A stretch of 64,000 nt of DNA from Eledone cirrhosa. Taxonomy: Eukaryota. Shown piece by piece: positions 13,070 through 27,860 of the stretch (position 1 is its first letter; every line of letters begins with the position of its first letter). The position numbers were made by a program, and so were the translations under genes. The stretch is from assembly GCA_964016885.1 (NCBI GenBank), contig OZ024743.1:148180001-148244000 (forward strand), read 5' to 3'. The notes beneath the pieces were generated by a model, which was not told the origin of the DNA, did not search any database, and saw only the letters and a program-made list of their open reading frames with translations.

Positions 13070-13283
13070 TCCTGTCTGGCTCTCTGGAGAATAGAGGAAA
13101 TGTGTTTCCTTGAAAACCGTATGACTCTAAAACCCGGTTTGTCTGTTTGGTTACATACAGACTAGCTGGACACTCACAGTAAAGTGTCCAGTGAAAAACC
13201 CAGTACATGTACATGTGTATACATGTGTGTATTTATATGCATACTAATATTTCCGTATACATATGTAGATGTACACTTTTAAC

Positions 13284-13370
<87 letters not shown>

Positions 13371-13457
13371 ATATATATATTTATCCTTATCGAGCCCTCT
13401 TTGGATTTTAGTCTTCAAATTTATTATTATTACTATTATATATATATATATATATAG

Positions 13458-13587
13458 AATTAGCCGTCGAAACGGCTTGAGCTCAGCCGTCGGGGTCTTA
13501 CTTGTTCCTATTACCCACTCTACTACCCTAAGTATTGAGTACTTTGGTGCGTTATGGTCCACCTGGTTCCTTACCACATCTCCTTCG

Positions 13588-13589
<2 letters not shown>
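13458..13589 (+). mobile_element. Family D short repeat (3' half of an HHR)
   Basis: tagccgtc-GAAA-cggct tgagctc agccg-TC-ggggtc; TA-flanked. Confidence 0.7.
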
Positions 13590-13634
<45 letters not shown>

Positions 13635-13733
13635 ATACCATGTGTGTCATTTTAACGGCTTTACTGCATGCGTTGGGCAGGAAGCGAAATATTTACGTAC
13701 TGTAGGGCTGGCAACCTTATAGTGTGGAAATAA

Positions 13734-13814
13734 GCTGTCTGAAGATTCATTTCTTTCCATTGGAATTCCTTTGAATTTCCAATCTTAAGGAATGATGAAA
13801 ACATCGGTAACAGC
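13734..13814 (+). ncRNA. Degenerate type I hammerhead ribozyme with long stem II
   Basis: gctgt-CTGAAGA-ttcatttctt..aaggaatgat-GAAA-acatcgg-TA-acagc; downstream flank resembles that of 8593. Confidence 0.7.
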
Positions 13815-14056
13815 AATAGAACAGGTGATTATTTAAATCGTTTTTTTATTTATTTAGAGAATTGTTTGATAACCGCTTGCTCCGCTATTTTTTATATTGT
13901 TCTGGTATCTCGAATTAGTACCATTGAACCACAAATAGTATAAACACCTTGCATATTTCTACAAGTACATAGTACCTGTTGAAGTATTCATCCACTTTTA
14001 TATATATAAATGCGCATAATAAAATACATGGAACTCTTTTAACCATCTTTTGATCT

Positions 14057-14104
<48 letters not shown>

Positions 14105-14278
14105 ATATATATACATATATATATGTATATATACATATATATATAATATATATATATAATATATTGTAGATATATATATACATATATAATATATATTATA
14201 TATATGTGTATATATATATATATTATATATATGTGTATATATATATATACATATATATATATACATATATATATATAC

Positions 14279-14387
<109 letters not shown>

Positions 14388-14390
14388 TGA

Positions 14391-14565
14391 AAAATACATG
14401 GCAAACTGTCTTATAACTTTCTAGTTATCAGAATCATGCTGATCTTAATCCTTCTTCGTTCGCTAGCCATTTCCAATGGGTGAAGAATAAAAGACTAGTA
14501 ACATCAAGTTGCTTCGGGAAAATTCGAGTACCTAGGAAGTTATACGCCAGTTTACCATGTATTTT
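14391..14565. mobile_element. MITE-like element with ~34-bp imperfect terminal inverted repeats
   Basis: aaaatacatggcaaactgtcttataactttctag vs ctaggaagttatacgccagtttaccatgtatttt; partial inverted copy at 11297-11372. Confidence 0.55.
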
Positions 14566-15861
14566 ATGTAATATAGTGTATATATCTCTATGTTTACATA
14601 TTGAGCGTTCTTTCTTTTATGGAAACAGCCACAAATCCAGGTAACATCATGTATATAACTTTAAGTCACGCGTCAATATTTTCTTCTTTTTTTTCTTAAT
14701 TCTACACTTACCTTTTTAAAGTGTAGGGGAATATATTTGGTTCTGCTGAAAGAGGTGCAAGAGGGAGAGAAAGTATTATAAAGATAGGTCGTTTAGACAG
14801 TTTAATAGATGTAAAAGAGATGGACATATTTAGGTGGAGAAAGAGAGAGAGGAGAGAACGCGAGAGAGCTAGAGCGAGAGAGAGAGAGAGTGAAAGGGAG
14901 AGAGAGAGAAAGAGAAAGAGAAAGAGAAAGAGAAAGAGAGAGAGTGAGAGAAACAAGTGATCCTATAGTGGAGCATAACAAGGTATGGCAGAATAATTAG
15001 AGTAAGATATTAAGAATGATTAGTAAGCTGGAATGAACATAGAGTGTTACTGTAGAGAAATGAGCTCAGAAATGCAATATAATAAAATAACACGAGTATT
15101 GAAAGCAGGAATATAATAGACATAATGTGAGAGTTGGCACAAAATAAAGTGTGAACACTTACGACGGAAATAAGAGTAGATGGTGTGATATGAAGACGTA
15201 GAGACACTGTTTCATTGAATATATATATATTGCTTCCCACCTCTCTCTGTATCTCTCACCGTCTTTTACCCCCCTGTCAGTCATACTCTCTCTCTCGACT
15301 GGCCTCTTCCATACACTTATACTCACTCACTCTCTGCTTCTCCCCTCTCTCACTTCCTCCCGTTTGCCTGTATGAAATCCTTTTCTCGCTCACATCTCAC
15401 CCATGTCGGATGGTCTGTATATCTCTCGTCCTTGAATTCACCAAGCTTAATCTTAATAGATATCATATACTTGTTTATTTCTATCGTTCCGTTGCAATAA
15501 CATCTTTGTTTGTTAACATGTCTCGCTCGCTTCACGCTATATTACCTGTCCCAATAGCTTTATTTAGCTATTGCTCGCACCAACTAGAGGTATATGATTT
15601 TTAAACGATGAAATACCAATGACGGTTGGAAAATCACTGATGAAGGACTAATTTTATTCATATGTAACCCATGTGCAACCACGCAGCACTCCATTATTCT
15701 CATATTTATATTTTTTCATCAGCTGCGATTGTCTGTTTCTTTCTTACTGCTTCCCCACTCTCTCTGTATCTCTCACCTTCTTTTACCCCTCTGTCAGTCA
15801 CATTCTCTCTCGACTGGCCTCTTACTCACACTTCCACACACGCACCACTCCATTCTTCTCA

Positions 15862-15919
<58 letters not shown>

Positions 15920-16085
15920 ATTAAATAAATGGAAACTATATTTATAAAACCATATTTATTTCGTTATATATATTTCAGGGATATCATATTTAATATCATA
16001 AATATACTCCAAATACTTGTTGAGTGCTTTTATATCAGTTATAAATATTTACTCGTTGTTAACCCAACAATTTAAATATAACTTT

Positions 16086-16136
<51 letters not shown>

Positions 16137-16182
16137 AATTCAGCGAGAACCGCATTTCGAGAATCGCATATATTTATATAAA

Positions 16183-16353
16183 TAATCGTTTCTGCTTATG
16201 GCACAAGGTCTTCAAATACCCAGAGCACTTTATTTTATCGACCACGTAAGGTTAAAAGGCAAAGTTAACCTCGGCGGGATTTGAACTCAGAATGGCAAGG
16301 GCCGTAACTCTATACGTCAAAGCATGGCGTCTGACCCTCTACCGATACTGCCA
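16183..16353 (-). mobile_element. tRNA-derived Meta-domain-like SINE
   Basis: Reverse complement of the 866-1056 family. Confidence 0.85.
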
Positions 16354-16378
16354 AATGTATACATACACACTTATATAT

Positions 16379-16478
16379 ATAGGGTATCCAAAAAATGTAT
16401 ATACAAATGCTGTGCATTCTAATAAACATTGCCTGCCCAGGTAATCAAAGTGTGTACCATTTTGGGGATCACCCTGTA
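16379..16478. mobile_element. Tc1/mariner-type MITE
   Basis: tagggtatccaaaaaatg ... cattttggggatcaccctgta imperfect TIRs in TA context; related remnant at ~1170-1220. Confidence 0.5.
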
Positions 16479-16995
16479 TATATATATATAAGTATGTATA
16501 CGTACAAGTATATATGTATACAGACGTACTGTAGTATGTATATATATATACATACATGCACACATATATATATGTACGTATGGATTCACCAAACATTTAT
16601 TATAATGCTCGGTGTGTTTGTAAACAAACATCCCGAATTAAGCCGTACACATATTAAGGTACGGCTTAATTCGGGATGTTTGTTTACAAACACACCGAGC
16701 ATTATAATAAATGTTCGGTGAATCCATATGTATATATATATATGTGTGCATGTATATATATATATATATATACATACTACTGTACGTCTGTATACATATA
16801 TGTATGTACGTATACATACTTATATTTAAGTAACAGCCGTACTAAGAGTGAAAAATGAAATTTCATTTCATTTTTTCCGTTTATCGTTTTCGGTGCACCC
16901 GGCCGATTAACCCACTCGATATGCAAATTGGGCTACTCAGCCGTTAATATGCATAAGGTAAGTATATACGTTCAACAATCTGGCAGGAAGGTATA

Positions 16996-17036
16996 CGTCG
17001 CTGACGATAGCTAATAAGCTTGAAACTAGTACAGCG
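16996..17036 (+). ncRNA. Type I hammerhead ribozyme (array B unit 1, stem I mismatched)
   Basis: cgtcg-CTGACGA-tagc taataa gctt-GAAA-ctag-TA-cagcg. Confidence 0.75.
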
Positions 17037-17300
17037 TTCCTTTGTCAGTGTTGATCAAACGAGCAACGATGGTTACTGGACACTACGGCTTAATACGGGA
17101 TGTTTGTTTACAAACACACCGAGCATTATAATAAGCCTAAGAGTAAGAAATGAAATTTCGTTTCATTCTATTCCATTTATCGTTTACGGTGTGCCCGGCC
17201 GACTGAACTCACTCGATATGCAAATTAGGCTGCTCAGCCGTTAATATACATAAGGAAAGTATATACTTTCAGACGTTCAACCATCTGGCAGGAAGGTATA

Positions 17301-17341
17301 CGATGCTGACGATAGCTAATAAGCTTGAAACTAGTACATCG
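17301..17341 (+). ncRNA. Type I hammerhead ribozyme (array B unit 2), predicted cut after 17336
   Basis: cgatg-CTGACGA-tagc taataa gctt-GAAA-ctag-TA-catcg; stem I extends ctggcaggaa / ttcctgtgtcag. Confidence 0.88.
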
Positions 17342-17741
17342 TTCCTGTGTCAGTGTTGAACAAAAAGGTAACGTGGTTGCCTAAACACTGTACGGGGTAA
17401 TTCGGGCTGTTTTTTTGTTTACAAACAAACAAACCGAGCATTATAATAAATGTTCGGTAAACCGATACGTGCATATATATATATGTGTGTATATATATAT
17501 ACATACTACTGTACGTCTGTATACATATATGTATGTACGTATACATACATAATACTTACATTTAAGTAAGTGCCGTACTAAGAGTGAGAAATGAAATTTC
17601 GTTTCATTCTATTCCATTTATCGTTTTGGGTGTGCCCGGCCGACTGAACTCACTCGATATGCAAATTAGGCTGCTCAGCCGTTAATATACATAAGGAAAG
17701 TATATACTTTCAGACTTTCAACCATCTGGCAGGAAGGTATA

Positions 17742-17782
17742 CGATGCTGACGATAGCTAATAAGCTTGAAACTAGTACATCG
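17742..17782 (+). ncRNA. Type I hammerhead ribozyme (array B unit 3), predicted cut after 17777
   Basis: Identical to unit 2. Confidence 0.88.
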
Positions 17783-17875
17783 TTCCTGTGTCAGTGTTGA
17801 ACAAAAAGGTGACGTGGTTGCCTAAACACTGTACGGCGTAATTCGGGCTGTTTGTTTGTTTATATATATATATAT

Positions 17876-18250
17876 ATATTTATTAAAATAACAGATTAAA
17901 GTTTAAGCAAAGAATCGCTGCTTTCACCCTTAACGGGATCTTCTGAAACTAACAAAGTCAATCTGTAAACGCAGAACTGGATATTTCAAAAAACGTTGCA
18001 ACCGGAGGAAGACAGGAAGACGATACTTTGGTTCGTGGTAACGTTCGCTGGCAAAGAACGGGAAAAAACGAATAATACGTCATTAATAGGAGCGGTGAAA
18101 AACAATTACGCGCAAAGACAGAACCACGTTTATGGTATAAAAGAGGTCGTAGACTAATGTTCTCTTAGGTGGTTCATAGAGACGTTCTCTGGCAATGAAC
18201 GAAAAAACGAAGATAATAAGTCATATGTGGAGCGTGGAGAACAATAGCAC
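17876..18250 (-). mobile_element. Family E PLE 3' UTR fragment with HHR-like fold at 17900-17950
   Basis: Reverse complement of ~38665-38945; agttt-CAGAAGA-tccc gttaa gggt-GAAA-gcag..ttgc-TT-aaact. Confidence 0.75.
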
Positions 18251-18853
18251 GTAGTCGTTTTTGCTGCAAAATAAGGCACTGCCGCCTGTACTGCAGAGGA
18301 GTGGTAAATAGCCAAATACCGGGTTTAATAGACCACAAACTTCAAGAGTCCTATTACACCGAATTGCCTTTGTTCCTTCGAATAATCGCATAAACAGCAG
18401 CCCATATAAGGAAGGAGCTCTATGGGGCTGTGTGGCTGTTGCAGTGAGTGACGCTGGTGGTCGTTCTCTGTGGCAATGACGTAGTCACTTTGTCCGCAGG
18501 ACGCAGTTGAAAGAGACTGCCCTGATGGGATGTAGACTCTGTCGCTCTCACCACCTCTTTCATGCCTTTCATGGCTTAATTTATTTCATTTAATTTCTTT
18601 TCTTTTTCTTCTGTTCTATATTTCCTTAGTAATTTGTATAAATAATTCTGTAAATAAATGTACAAATATTAAAAATATATTTAAAAAATTTAAAATATTA
18701 AAAAAAATAAGTTTAAGAAATTAACCATGCTTGTGGTATCTCTAGGTTTGAGTATGTATGCGCGCGTGTGTTTGCTTGTGTGCGCGAGTATATGCATAAG
18801 TCTGTGTTTGGCACACACACACACACAGACACACACACACACACACACACACA

Positions 18854-18890
<37 letters not shown>

Positions 18891-18940
18891 ACACACATAC
18901 ACACACAAAACACACACACAAACACACACACACCCATATG

Positions 18941-18980
<40 letters not shown>

Positions 18981-18990
18981 CACACACATA

Positions 18991-19023
<33 letters not shown>

Positions 19024-19025
19024 TC

Positions 19026-19075
<50 letters not shown>

Positions 19076-19711
19076 TTGTATGCATGTGCATGTTTGTGTG
19101 TGTGTGTGTATGTGAATGTAAACGTGCACACTTGTGTGAGTGATACATTTGCGAAAAATAAATCAATACATTGAACGGCCATTAAAAGTTATAGAAATCT
19201 CAGTTAATAACAAATAAAAACAAATGGAGATCAATTCACTTTTTTCTATATTTTATTCTATATCTTTTTCTATTATTCATTTTCTATAATTATGACACTC
19301 ACTTACATTGTGACATCCTATTTTACTTTGATATCCTGTGGTACATACTTTATGTATATAAGGATATCAAAATAATAACCGAAAACAAATATATATTGTA
19401 TAATAATTCAATAATTTTATATCCATATGGATGTGTACATATTTATATATATATATACATATACATACATATAAAATATACGTGTATGTGTATGTGAATA
19501 TGTGTGTGTGTATATATGTGTGTGTGTATATATGTGTGTGTCTGTGTATTTTATAAACAAATTATTTCTTGAGGAGAAGTGTTTTATTCGTCTGAATAGT
19601 CGGTTGAAGTCATTTCTACCTGTACCTTCCCTAGCAACGCATTGAGAGTAACTTATTTTATTTAACTGTGGTCCACTTTCAGGAAAACCATTCTTAATTA
19701 TACACACACAC

Positions 19712-19819
<108 letters not shown>

Positions 19820-19861
19820 ACATATATATATCTAACATGTGGTCCTGACTCTTTTCCTATA

Positions 19862-19902
<41 letters not shown>

Positions 19903-19961
19903 GAAGAGACCTATAAATACCATATTTATTTTTTGATACCCAGATTCCTATTGATTTCTAA

Positions 19962-20151
19962 ATAATTGTTTCTACTTTAGGCACAAGGCCAGCAATTACC
20001 CAGTGCATTACTGGTACTTTATTTTATTGACCCCGTAAGGATGAAAGGCAAAGTCAACCTCGGCGGGATTTGAACTCAGATCGTAAAGGGACGTAACTAT
20101 GCTGGAAAGCATGGCGTCCGACCCTCCACCGATACTGCCAATCCACCGCCC
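19962..20151 (-). mobile_element. Full-length SINE with TSD
   Basis: Reverse complement of the SINE family; tgatttctaaataat on both flanks. Confidence 0.88.
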
Positions 20152-21331
20152 TAATGATTTCTAAATAATGAAACAGTTCTAGTCCTGTAGAATCTCATCT
20201 ATATTAAAACTATATATATATATATATATATATATATTGATGTGTTTATGTGTGTCTGTGTGATAGTGACACCACGGATTGTTAATTCATCGTTTTTCGT
20301 TATATACACACACACACACACACATCTATATATATATGTGCGTGTATGTGTGTACAAATATATACACACACACACACACACAAACACACTCATATGTGTG
20401 TGTGCGCATTTATCGAATATGGTCCAAGATACATTGTATCTTGAAGACAAAGATTGGATCGTCACAGTAGGAAATCCTTTTAATCAGAGTTAGCCTATAA
20501 ACAACTACACACCCATATATGTCTTCACATATACACACTCACAAGCATATTTACATACACAGATATATACAAACAAAGAATAACGCACACACTATTATAT
20601 ATATGTTTATATTAAGGAACTACGATATGAACCACATACCAGTTACGCCGCAAGACATAAACATTTAATAACTGATACATATCACATGTTTGATAGCAAA
20701 CAGATATATTACACGGTAAATCAATAAATGAAATAACATTTCAGTTATTCTGCATAAACATGGAAGCATGGGGTATATCCATTGCTCCAAGGGTTAAGCT
20801 ACTGAGATTATTCAATAAGTACCACCATTTTTCTTTTATAAGTTTTCTTCTATATTTCCAACAGTTTTTTTCTACTTACTCGTGAAATGTTTCCATTCAA
20901 TCCTGAGACATTTTAATAGATTTCACGAAGGTAAGTGTTTATATTGAAAAGGTTCGTGTGTATCTCTTATAAACTGTGTTTACTTATAACGATGGACACA
21001 AATATGGCTGTAACTAGGATGCATATTTTCTAACTACATAATTCTGAGTTCAATCCCAATATGTAGACACATATTGAGAAATGCCCAAAGACTGATATTT
21101 AATAGACCAAAACATAACTGAAGTGTGCGTGTGTGTATATGTGAGACTTTCTGTTGGTGTATCAGAAATGTATTGTCTAGAAATTGCAGCATCAATGAGA
21201 AATACCTTGTGGTAGTTATTTCGAACAAGTTACCTTTCTATTTATTGACGACGTAAGTCTTTCTTAACATGTATACAGAGAAAGTCTTAGGTATCTGTTA
21301 GAAATAATTCCCGAACAAAATTCCAGGATCA

Positions 21332-21411
<80 letters not shown>

Positions 21412-21418
21412 TTGAATG

Positions 21419-21449
<31 letters not shown>

Positions 21450-21464
21450 GTATATATACACACA

Positions 21465-21586
<122 letters not shown>

Positions 21587-24500
21587 CGTGTGTGTGTGAG
21601 TGTGTGTGTGAACATAAATATATATAAGTGTGTGTGAACATGAATATAAATATATACAATCATATATAGAGAAAGAGAGAAAGAAGTGGAAACACAAAAA
21701 TTGAGATTATTAATTTGTATTATATTTTTCTTTCTATTCTCTGATTTATACACGTATGCTACATTCTTTCTAGTTTTTCTTCTTTTGTGTGAACTTAAAA
21801 CATATTTCTCCACACACGTACAAATACTAACGCTCACAAACGCAAGTATAAAATTGCACAAACATATAAATACATACAATCAAGTCCATACATAAACACA
21901 CGCGAAGATGAGTAGGAATTCAAAACCCCACAAACACGCATAAGAATTGTAGTTACAATCTTCATCTCAAGAAAATCTGAACAAGAATTTTCGAAGATTT
22001 TTGTCTCTCCTCCATTGTGAAATATTTATTCATACCTTGATTACCTCCCATGCAAGATTTGTATTCGTTTGCATGAGTAGACCGAACATCAATAAATTAC
22101 GTGTTTGGCATGTTGTAATACATCTTATACATTCCATCTTATGTGAAATTATGTGTGTGGCAAGGATTGCTATACAAAATGTCATTTGTTAAATTCAATA
22201 CTAAAAATACAGATTACTTTTAATTAAGTTCAATTCAGATCATTTGTAGTTGATATTGGATACTGCTGTTGCTATCGATGTTTAGTTCCCAGATTAGTAC
22301 CCATCGCGTTGTCCGATGATCGAAGACGTTCCAAACATGACCACTTCATCTTGTATTCAGGATTTGTAGCAAACTAAACGAGAAGGAGATGGTAACCTTT
22401 AGATAAACCGTCTCCTATTTCGTAATGAAAGAGGACAATGCATAACACTCACGATTCTCTCACGGTTCTGCAAACCAGATTCTGAAAGAGTCAGGGATGG
22501 GGAAAGCGTGGGAGAAAGATAGAAAGAGAAAACGAGATAGATTTAAGTACAAAAGTGGTACTTATCTCGGTGAGATTTAAATAACACCAACTTCTCAAAG
22601 AAAACAGTCACTATGTATATTCGAAACAAAACGGCATTAAACGGGATTATTATAGATGGGGTGCATTTGACAGTGTCCACCTCAAGCTAAAATCACTCTA
22701 AACAAAGATTCTAAAAGTTCAATCCATACCAGAAACATATTTTGATGCTATTGTCTATACATCGACACTGCCTAGTGGCTGAACCATTAATATATATACT
22801 GACATTTAATTGCACTTGTTTAATAAAAATATCAAATATACACATTCACTCATATGAAATGTCTATAAATAAACATTTGAGTACATTTAAACATACTTTG
22901 GTATTGAAAGAAATGTTCGTATTATGAACAAAAATATATATCTTCATGAGTAGAAATTCAGTATCAGTTGATGTTGATTAACCCCGGGGCAGAACCTGAT
23001 CAAGGGAATTCCAGTCTGGCTCTTCATGCGTAGGAACAGCAATCAAGTGACATCCGCCAGGTACTGCAACCAGCTAACGATATTGAGATTAGGGTGCGTG
23101 AGGTCCACGCTTTCAGGCGTGCAGAGATCCGGGCACTCAACATATGCTTAGCCGTTCGTTTTGGTGAGACATACTGGGGTACAGTAGCAATACCTGAGAG
23201 CACGGGTAGTTAGTGTAGGATGGAAACATCCAGTAATGAGGAATAAGGTGCCGTTCAGAGCTGTATCTTGCTTCTTAATATGGAGGCTCCTGGACTGTGA
23301 GTAGAGGCGTACTTCGCAGTACCTTAGACCAGGCTAGGATACAGGTAGACAGAGAGGGTATGCCAGCATCCCATGGTGAGCTTAAGAATTCTAATTTTTT
23401 TAATTTGAAGGAAGATTTGGCTACTATTTCTGGCAAGTTTCATGGCTGCATAGTAGTTCCATCATTAGTACATTTCATGTTAATTTTATGAGGTCCGCCT
23501 CACTAAAGCTGCAACAGTATTTAAGTGTATTTCTACTACTTTTTATCAACTGCAAAAATACGTAGATAGGTTAATGTTGTGTGCAGCTCCTGGGTTGTAT
23601 GGAACTGATGTTTTATAATACTTATAAATAAAAAACACACATAGAAGCAAAAAAACACATTTCTCTTCATCAATAGCTTCAATAGATATATTTAGATGCC
23701 AAATCGAGCGCAAGCTAGTCTTTGATATCTATTGCAGTGACACAAATCTCATTGTCATGGATCACCATTTCTTGATTCAATGTCCTATTATAACTAATAA
23801 TGGTGACTTTATTTTGTCAATCAACCTACTACAAATAACAGCAAAATCTCCTACAATCTTCAAAAATCAAAAGACGCATTGAATAATCAGGTCCTAGATA
23901 CATTGCATGTATTTTTAAAAAAAGATGGTCGTGGCTAGAACATCTTTAATCAAGAATAACCTGCGACTAAATTACTATAATTGTTTCTACTTTAGGCACA
24001 AGGCCAGCAAATTACCCAGTGCATATAATAACAGTTAAAAAATTTTGCAGTTATTTTTGTTAAACGTCGATTGATGTTCTTGTTTATCTCCAGGTCAACA
24101 CTGATTAAGTAAGTATACAATCAAAGGCAAACCAGCCATTACCATCCCTTATTTTGCCTTTGTTCAGGTAACACAGCACCATAATATTCAACATGTTCTT
24201 TTGTAAGATGGAGCTGTTTGATTTAAGAGAGATTTATCTGCTCTTTCTAACAGGTCAAGAGACCATATAGTGGTTCCTATTTTGGCTTGCTCTAGATAGA
24301 TGAAAAGCATAGATGGTTTCTTGGAGATGTGAACTGAGAACAAAGATGCAGCATCCTGGCATGAGAGAAAAAAGGGAAATATAAGTTATTTAATTTTCAT
24401 TTTCTAATGCAACATTAAGTCGATGTTAGATATGTGAGGCAATGACAGGCATTTGCTTGTAGATGACATTACAAATGAAGTGAAATGAAACAAGCCAAAA

Positions 24501-25314
24501 TATAACAAACAATATTTAAAACAATAATCGTAAAAGTTTAAATGCGTAGAAGTTAGCCTGACTGAGAGGACCCATTATGAAAGGAGCTTCAGTCATGAAC
24601 ATGCTATTTTGTTTTTTGATTTTGGGGGAGGCGTCAGATAAGATGGTGTATGAAGGAGTATATTATCTAACGTATCCTTTCCTTTTTATGATGGTCAATA
24701 TGATTTAAGAGAGATTTAACTGCTGTTTCTAGTAATTGGATCGATCACATAGAGCCACTTTTGGCAGCTTGATTTTCTTTCTTGTTCATATATTTTTCCT
24801 TCCACGGCATGATGAAAAAATAGAAATCTGAAGAAGTGACAATCCTTTCCTCATGGCATTACAAATATAAATGGAGTGAAATAGTTGGCTCACAATACAA
24901 ATATATGTATATAATATTTTTTAATGAAAAAAGACAAAAATTAAGTGTTTTTTGATAGCTCAATTTTTCTATTTTAGAAGTTTTTAAACATTTTTTTTCT
25001 TTAGAGTAAAAAGTTTTTCTCCTGAAAACTGTCAAATGTAAGTATAAATTACATATAAAAAAGTGCATTTTGTTATTTTGGCTCTATTGTAATTATTGAT
25101 TAGTTTTATTCATATTTTCTCTTCTTTATCTTTCAACCATTTCTAGGTGTGTATTCCATGAAATAGATGAACATGATAGCAAATGTGTTTTTATTTCCCA
25201 TAATCACCAGTGTCGTGTTGTTCCATTGCATTACATACATAGAAGTTGTCTGCTTTGCTTATATATTCATTTGTTCTTCAGGGGACACACTTAAAAAATA
25301 TACTAAGAATATAT

Positions 25315-25475
<161 letters not shown>

Positions 25476-25722
25476 GAAAGAGGGATACACACATCTAGAC
25501 AGATACATATAAATATGATGAACATATATGTAATCATAAGTGTATGTGGTTGCATTTAGTTATGGGATATGTATATATACATATATTTATAAAGACAAAA
25601 TGATAGATAGATAGAGAATAGAAAGGTGTGTGTATCTTTCTTTTTCTCATATACACTGTCTGATTCTATCAGTCCCCCGACTCTCTATCTCTACCTATCT
25701 CTGTATCTCATTGTATATATAA

Positions 25723-25849
<127 letters not shown>

Positions 25850-26337
25850 TATTGATATCTATATATTGACACACATATACAAACAGGTATAATAGGCAAC
25901 TAAAAAGAACCAGCTAAAATGCCAAAAAGGTAAAAACGAAGACAATAAGAACAGTAGCAACATGAATAAGACAATAATAAATAAATAAATAATAGAGATA
26001 TACAAAGAAAATTTGGCATTTGTATGTGATTCCAAGTTGGTTGAGGTAAAATGGCATATACAATGGATTTACCATTGTCGAAAAGCACTGAATACCTTAA
26101 ATAATTGTTTTGTGTTCAAGAATTCTTTTCATATATCTACTGATTCACAATTAAGTATATTGTTGTCTTTTACTGGCAACAAGCAGCCACCTAGAACATT
26201 GATTTCTGTGAAAAACCATCAAATTCTATATATCTTTGACATTACCTCAATTTAAGTGGCAGATATGTACAGCACCCAGTGGAAAGTTTCCTGTTTAAAT
26301 AGATCGCATTTAGACATACATGCATACATACACATAC

Positions 26338-26450
<113 letters not shown>

Positions 26451-26647
26451 TTCTTTTTATAGTTAGATATCTTTTATTGTTGTTGTTCTGTAATATATAT
26501 ATTTATTCAACATTACAATCTCCTTTCTTTTCTATTAAGAAAATACAATTGACACATATTTTAGTTTCCTAAATATATATATATATATGTATATATATTC
26601 AAATATATTATATGTATATATATATATATATATATTTTTTTTTTACG

Positions 26648-26713
<66 letters not shown>

Positions 26714-26717
26714 GTAA

Positions 26718-26761
<44 letters not shown>

Positions 26762-26895
26762 TAAAATATTTATATATATATATTTATATATATATATTTA
26801 TATACGTATATATATTTATATATTTATATATATATTTATATATATATATATATATTTATATATATTTATACGTATATATATTTATATACGTATAT

Positions 26896-27018
<123 letters not shown>

Positions 27019-27354
27019 TATGTATACATATATACAGACGTGGGTGCAAAGAGAAGCTCGCAATCAAGATATGTTGTTCAAAATATTTTATAAAATGTAT
27101 TATTTCTGCATTACAAGCGGATTCAACGCATATCTATATCAATAGATGTATAGAAAATAAGTAGAACGAAACGCATAGAATGAAAATTAGATTCATACAG
27201 GTAAGGGACTCAATTGGTTCGTTTAGATCACGTACTGAAATTGTTAAATCAGTAGCCTTAGCTGAGGGAGCTGACGCAGAAATTTGCAAATTTGTATTAC
27301 CATTAAATTTGAAGCAATTTCGTGGTACATAATATTTATTCATGGGCATTCCCA

Positions 27355-27860
27355 TAATTGGTGAGAAGACTCCTAGGAGTTGTTGACTACTTTTGTTGCC
27401 TAAGTGAACTAATCAGCGTTGGGGTAGGATGCGTAGTTTCCAGAGTAAGAACTGGTTGGGAGAAATTTAGTATGATAGTACCTTTGCCTATAACAAAGGC
27501 TTCGCTTTCTAAGGGAAGAGTAGACTATATGATGCATGTGTACAGCAATGCTATATGTCAGGAAGACATGGGCCTTGATTACAGAATATCTGCGAAGGCT
27601 AGAAATACACGAAGCCTGTAGGCTCTGGTAGATATGTAATAGTGTGAATGACCGACGGGAAATGAGAGAAGAACTATATTTAAGAGAAATTAGAAAAAGT
27701 GGTGTGTGAGAGAGAAATCTGATATGGTATGGGTGTGATTCATGTGGAAGACGATATTAAAGAAATTTTAGTGGATGGGACCTCTGGAAGAACAAACTAA
27801 GAAGGATATCTGATGAAGTAGCGGGGACAGGATCGACAGGACTGACAATATAGAGTGGTG
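27355..27860 (+). mobile_element. Decayed RTE-clade LINE fragment (RT C-terminus)
   Basis: VVDYFCCLSELISVGVG..SRVRTGWEKF, then frameshifted RLYDACV, typical of the post-RT region of RTE. Confidence 0.7.

Larger units (their letters stand above)
11513..13289 (+). mobile_element. Retrozyme-like tandem array A: one inverted unit (11513-11982) plus ~2.8 direct ~471-nt units, flanked by (TA)n
   Basis: ttatcgtttccgctgaacc at 12421 and 12892; nearly identical units, each with an HHR; no recognisable protein. Confidence 0.9.
16478..17860 (+). mobile_element. Retrozyme-like tandem array B: 5' inverted arm (16478-16648) plus three HHR-bearing units (spacing 305 and 441 nt)
   Basis: Arm mirrors 16659-16827; gtttcattctattccatttatcgttt at 17160 and 17601; octamers at 16921, 17218 and 17659. 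Confidence 0.88.

Noticed and set aside
15638-15660. Isolated CTGATGA/CTGAAGA motifs (also 4805, 24828, 27810, 36143, 57343)
   Set aside because: No correctly placed GAAA and stems
15215-15870. Local duplication of a CT-rich segment (15230 / 15745)
   Set aside because: Low complexity; no ribozyme or coding signal found
22990-23370. GC-richer island resembling an RTE endonuclease N-terminus
   Set aside because: Only vague motif similarity with many stops; not supportable without BLASTX
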